DNA of 63,194 nucleotides, the filler included, from Pelomyxa schiedti (Eukaryota > Protista > Evosea): the NCBI GenBank assembly GCA_020536535.1. It is 7 parts of 7 records of this genome, joined end to end, with 100 filler letters (N's around TTAATTAATTAA, not from the genome) between each part and the next. Parts side by side here need not be neighbours in the genome. Positions count along the whole stretch, not along the records: positions 58,154 to 61,979 come from JAHLWZ010001673.1; positions 62,080 to 63,194 come from JAHLWZ010002808.1; 5 more parts are not named here. One strand, 5' to 3'. Of this stretch, positions 60,883 to 63,194 are shown one piece after another. Position 1 is the stretch's first letter; each line of letters opens with the position of its first letter. Both the position numbers and the translations under genes were made by a program. The notes beneath the pieces were generated by a model. It worked only from the letters and a program-made list of their open reading frames with translations. It was not told where the DNA came from and made no database searches.

Positions 60883-61979
60883 ATGCTGTCGGCAGGTAAA
60901 ACACGTAGAATTGCCAAGGTTGTTTGGGTGGCACCAGGCCTGGTGACGATGGGGGACCAAGTTGGCTCGCTGTTGCTGGGGACGCACCCCAGGTGCGGCG
61001 CCGCGTGCCCCCTGCTGCTGCTATTGCCGCCGACTACCACGTCAAAAAGCAGCGGCACCAGTGCCGGGGGCGATTATGGGACGCTGGCGGCGCGGCTGGT
61101 GTGGTCGTGGCTGCGGTGCCGGTCGAGGTTCTTCTTTGTGCCCCTTTGTGCTGGGAACAGGTCATGGGTGGTCACTTTCGGAGTGTCGATGGTGCTGCTG
61201 ACACTGTCACACGAAATGAGGTGGTGGGTGCAGGCGAGGAACTGGCCCAGGGCGTCACTGCTGGGGGCCAACCCGCACTACTTGGTTGTCTGCCACGAGC
61301 GGCGTGGATTTTGTGAGCTGCGGGACACGGTGACTGGGAGGAGGATGGCTGTGCCTGACAGGGTCAGGAGGCCAAAGGGTTGCTATGCCACCAACGGGAA
61401 GTGGTTGGTGTGCTGCTGCTCGAAGGAACTCTTTGTTTTCGAGCTCCCAGTGATGAGGGTGTTGGGGGAAGGTCAGTTGTGCCATCCAACAGTTGTGCCA
61501 CTGCACATTGGTGGAAAATGGAGTTTGGAAGCTAGGTTTGTACCCAGTTGTGCTGACCACTTGTTGATTTGGGCCTGCAGTGTATTGCATTACATCTCAT
61601 ACATCAAAGTTCTGTTAGTTGATGTTGCGCAGACCAATTCATTGAAATCACTGGTGGTGCTGTGTGAAACCACGGAGCCTGTCAAAGACATAGGCCTTCC
61701 CTTCGGGGGATTGTCAGGGTTCCAAGATTTTTGTGTTTTGACCAAAACAAAGATGGATGGGTCTCGCTCGTTTGTGGTGCTCAGAGTGACCATTTTCAGC
61801 AGTGATGCTGCTCTCTTGGAGTTTGATGAGGGAACAGGTGGGTGTCTACACCAAGCTCCATTTCAGTTTGAAGACTACAGCTGGGTGTCACCACTGAACC
61901 AGTCACAGTTCTGTGTTTTTGTTCCAGACAAAGACTCATTCAATGTGTGGGACATCAATGACACGACATTGCCAATCAG
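60883..61979 (+). CDS. HPRCG-family protein (subfamily B), head-to-head with 59316-60713, 3' end cut by contig end
   Basis: DQVGSLLLGTHPRCG...AARLVWSWLRCR...VTFGVSMVLLTL...LGANPHYLVV...TNGKWLV...SPLNQSQFCV...NVWDINDTTLP. Confidence 0.85.
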
Positions 61980-62079
61980 NNNNNNNNNNNNNNNNNNNNN
62001 NNNNNNNNNNNNNNNNNNNNNNNTTAATTAATTAANNNNNNNNNNNNNNNNNNNNNNNNNNNNNNNNNNNNNNNNNNNN
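61980..62079. other. Artificial contig linker
   Basis: 44 N + TTAATTAATTAA + 44 N. Confidence 0.95.
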
Positions 62080-62368
62080 ACCGACCCACGACGTCCCCGC
62101 TCCCCCCCATCATCGCACAATCGCACTCGGTGCAGTGGAACCTGGTGCCACCCGGCTCCACTTTGGCCCCGCAGTTCCGACACACCACGGTCCGCATCAC
62201 GATCCGCGGTTGTTGTGGCTGTTGTTGCTCCTGTGGTTCAGGCTGCGATTGAGGCTGTTGGTCCCCCGTGCACCCCCCGCTGCTCCCATTATCGTCGGTG
62301 GGCGGCGACGCGGGGCTGGTGGGGGGGGCGTCGGTGGCATCCGGCGTAGTTGTAGCGGAAGCAGACAT
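62080..62368 (-). CDS. 5' part of a gene with a ZZ-type-like zinc-finger start
   Basis: A disordered N-terminus is followed by VVCRNCGAKVEPGGTRFHCTECD, resembling the ZZ consensus CxxC..(I/V).G.R(Y/F)HCxxC; truncated by the contig edge. Confidence 0.5.
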
Positions 62369-62728
62369 TGCTTGGTTACTGGAAAAGAGTGATCACAGTC
62401 AGACTTGCTGAAGTAAAGCCTGGACGGCCCAAGGACACAAGAGTGGGCCACATATTTCAAGCTACTCCTCCAAGGGGAGAAGCGCCTCAATCTGTCAGGG
62501 CTATTTATAGTGAAGCTACTTTGTCAACCCCAGTCGGAAACTTTTCCGACTCTCGCTGAAAGCGGTGACAAGTAGGTGTGCATTTAAACCTGCAGGTTAG
62601 GGTAAATCATTAATTATAAAAAACAAAGAAGGTAAACGAGCGAACGAACGACAAGCACAAAAAATTTTTTTTCCCTAACCAAATGACACGCAGAGCGAGA
62701 ACGATTACAAACAACTTGTGCGTCCGAA

Positions 62729-63194
62729 ATGCAACAACAACAAGTAGCCGCGCACAGAATGGGAATTAAGGAACAGATGGAGCTGATACGAGCCTCTCCA
62801 AGCCACAAGAAGTTGTACTTTGACCAACTCGTCACGCCAGTGGCCCTGCTCACCCCAAATCCGGCCCTCACTGTCCACTCTCAGCCGCCATTGGAGAATA
62901 ATCGCGAGGGGCCTGGACATGTTAGCCTGGAGTACAAACTCAACGAGGGTGTTGTTTTATACTCTGTGCATAAGTCCCGGGTCAGGGAGTACTACTGCAG
63001 CGAGGACTGTGACAGGCACTCGTTCCTTGCGCTGAGACTCAGTGGCGAACAAGTGCTGATTTCTTCCCGGGGAGAGAATAAGACCCTCAGCAGCCTTGGG
63101 AAGTTGCTGAAACACAAGGACGGCACCCCTATTTCGGGGAGAACCAGCTTCTTTGTGAATGAGTCGAGGAAGCTGGGGTTGAGAGAGAACGGCA
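62729..63194 (+). CDS. Hypothetical protein, 5' part only (open to the window end; absent from the supplied ORF track)
   Basis: My translation from ATG 62729: MQQQQVAAHRMGIKEQMELIRASPSHKKLYFDQLVTPVALL...EYKLNEGVVLYSVHKSRVREYYCSEDCDRHSFLALRLSGEQVLISSRGENKTLSSLGKLLKHKDGTPISGRTSFFVNESRKLGLRENG, 155 codons without a stop. Confidence 0.55.
   Translation, partial: MQQQQVAAHRMGIKEQMELIRASPSHKKLYFDQLVTPVALLTPNPALTVHSQPPLENNREGPGHVSLEYKLNEGVVLYSVHKSRVREYYCSEDCDRHSFLALRLSGEQVLISSRGENKTLSSLGKLLKHKDGTPISGRTSFFVNESRKLGLRENG

Overview
Eukaryotic, intron-bearing genomic DNA, not prokaryotic. The window is seven unrelated contigs joined by artificial 100-nt linkers (44 N + TTAATTAATTAA + 44 N), so gene order across linkers carries no meaning. 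Segments: A 1-9631, B 9732-38108, C 38209-49547, D 49648-55276, E 55377-58053, F 58154-61979, G 62080-63194. Two further N100 gaps have duplicated flanks. Segment B is a gene-dense housekeeping region with short introns: TLDc protein, SPT2-like protein, BBS10-like chaperonin, Leu/Phe/Val-type amino-acid dehydrogenase, RasGEF, gamma-synergin-like protein and UDP-glucose pyrophosphorylase. Segment D carries a complete CDC48/p97. Segments C, D (3' end) and F are dominated by two expanded families. One is an intronless ~460-510 aa family with an N-terminal Q-x-x-x-L-x4-H-P-R-C-G...[RK]-[LF]-V-W-x-W motif and a WD40-like beta-rich body (4 complete copies, 3 partial copies, 2 stubs). The other is a degenerate ankyrin-like family with a related N-terminal R-[LV]-[VL]-W-[DE] motif (2 copies, both apparently frameshifted). 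Non-coding highlights are a ~520-bp tandem repeat, each unit containing a 120-140-nt hairpin, and an alternating inverted array of a 17-bp motif whose 48-bp leader recurs exactly on another contig. The gene-family style, a ciliary BBS gene and a bacterial-type dehydrogenase suggest a flagellate anaerobic amoebozoan such as Pelomyxa (Archamoebae); this is an inference from memory and needs a BLAST check. All gene models and family calls were made by eye.
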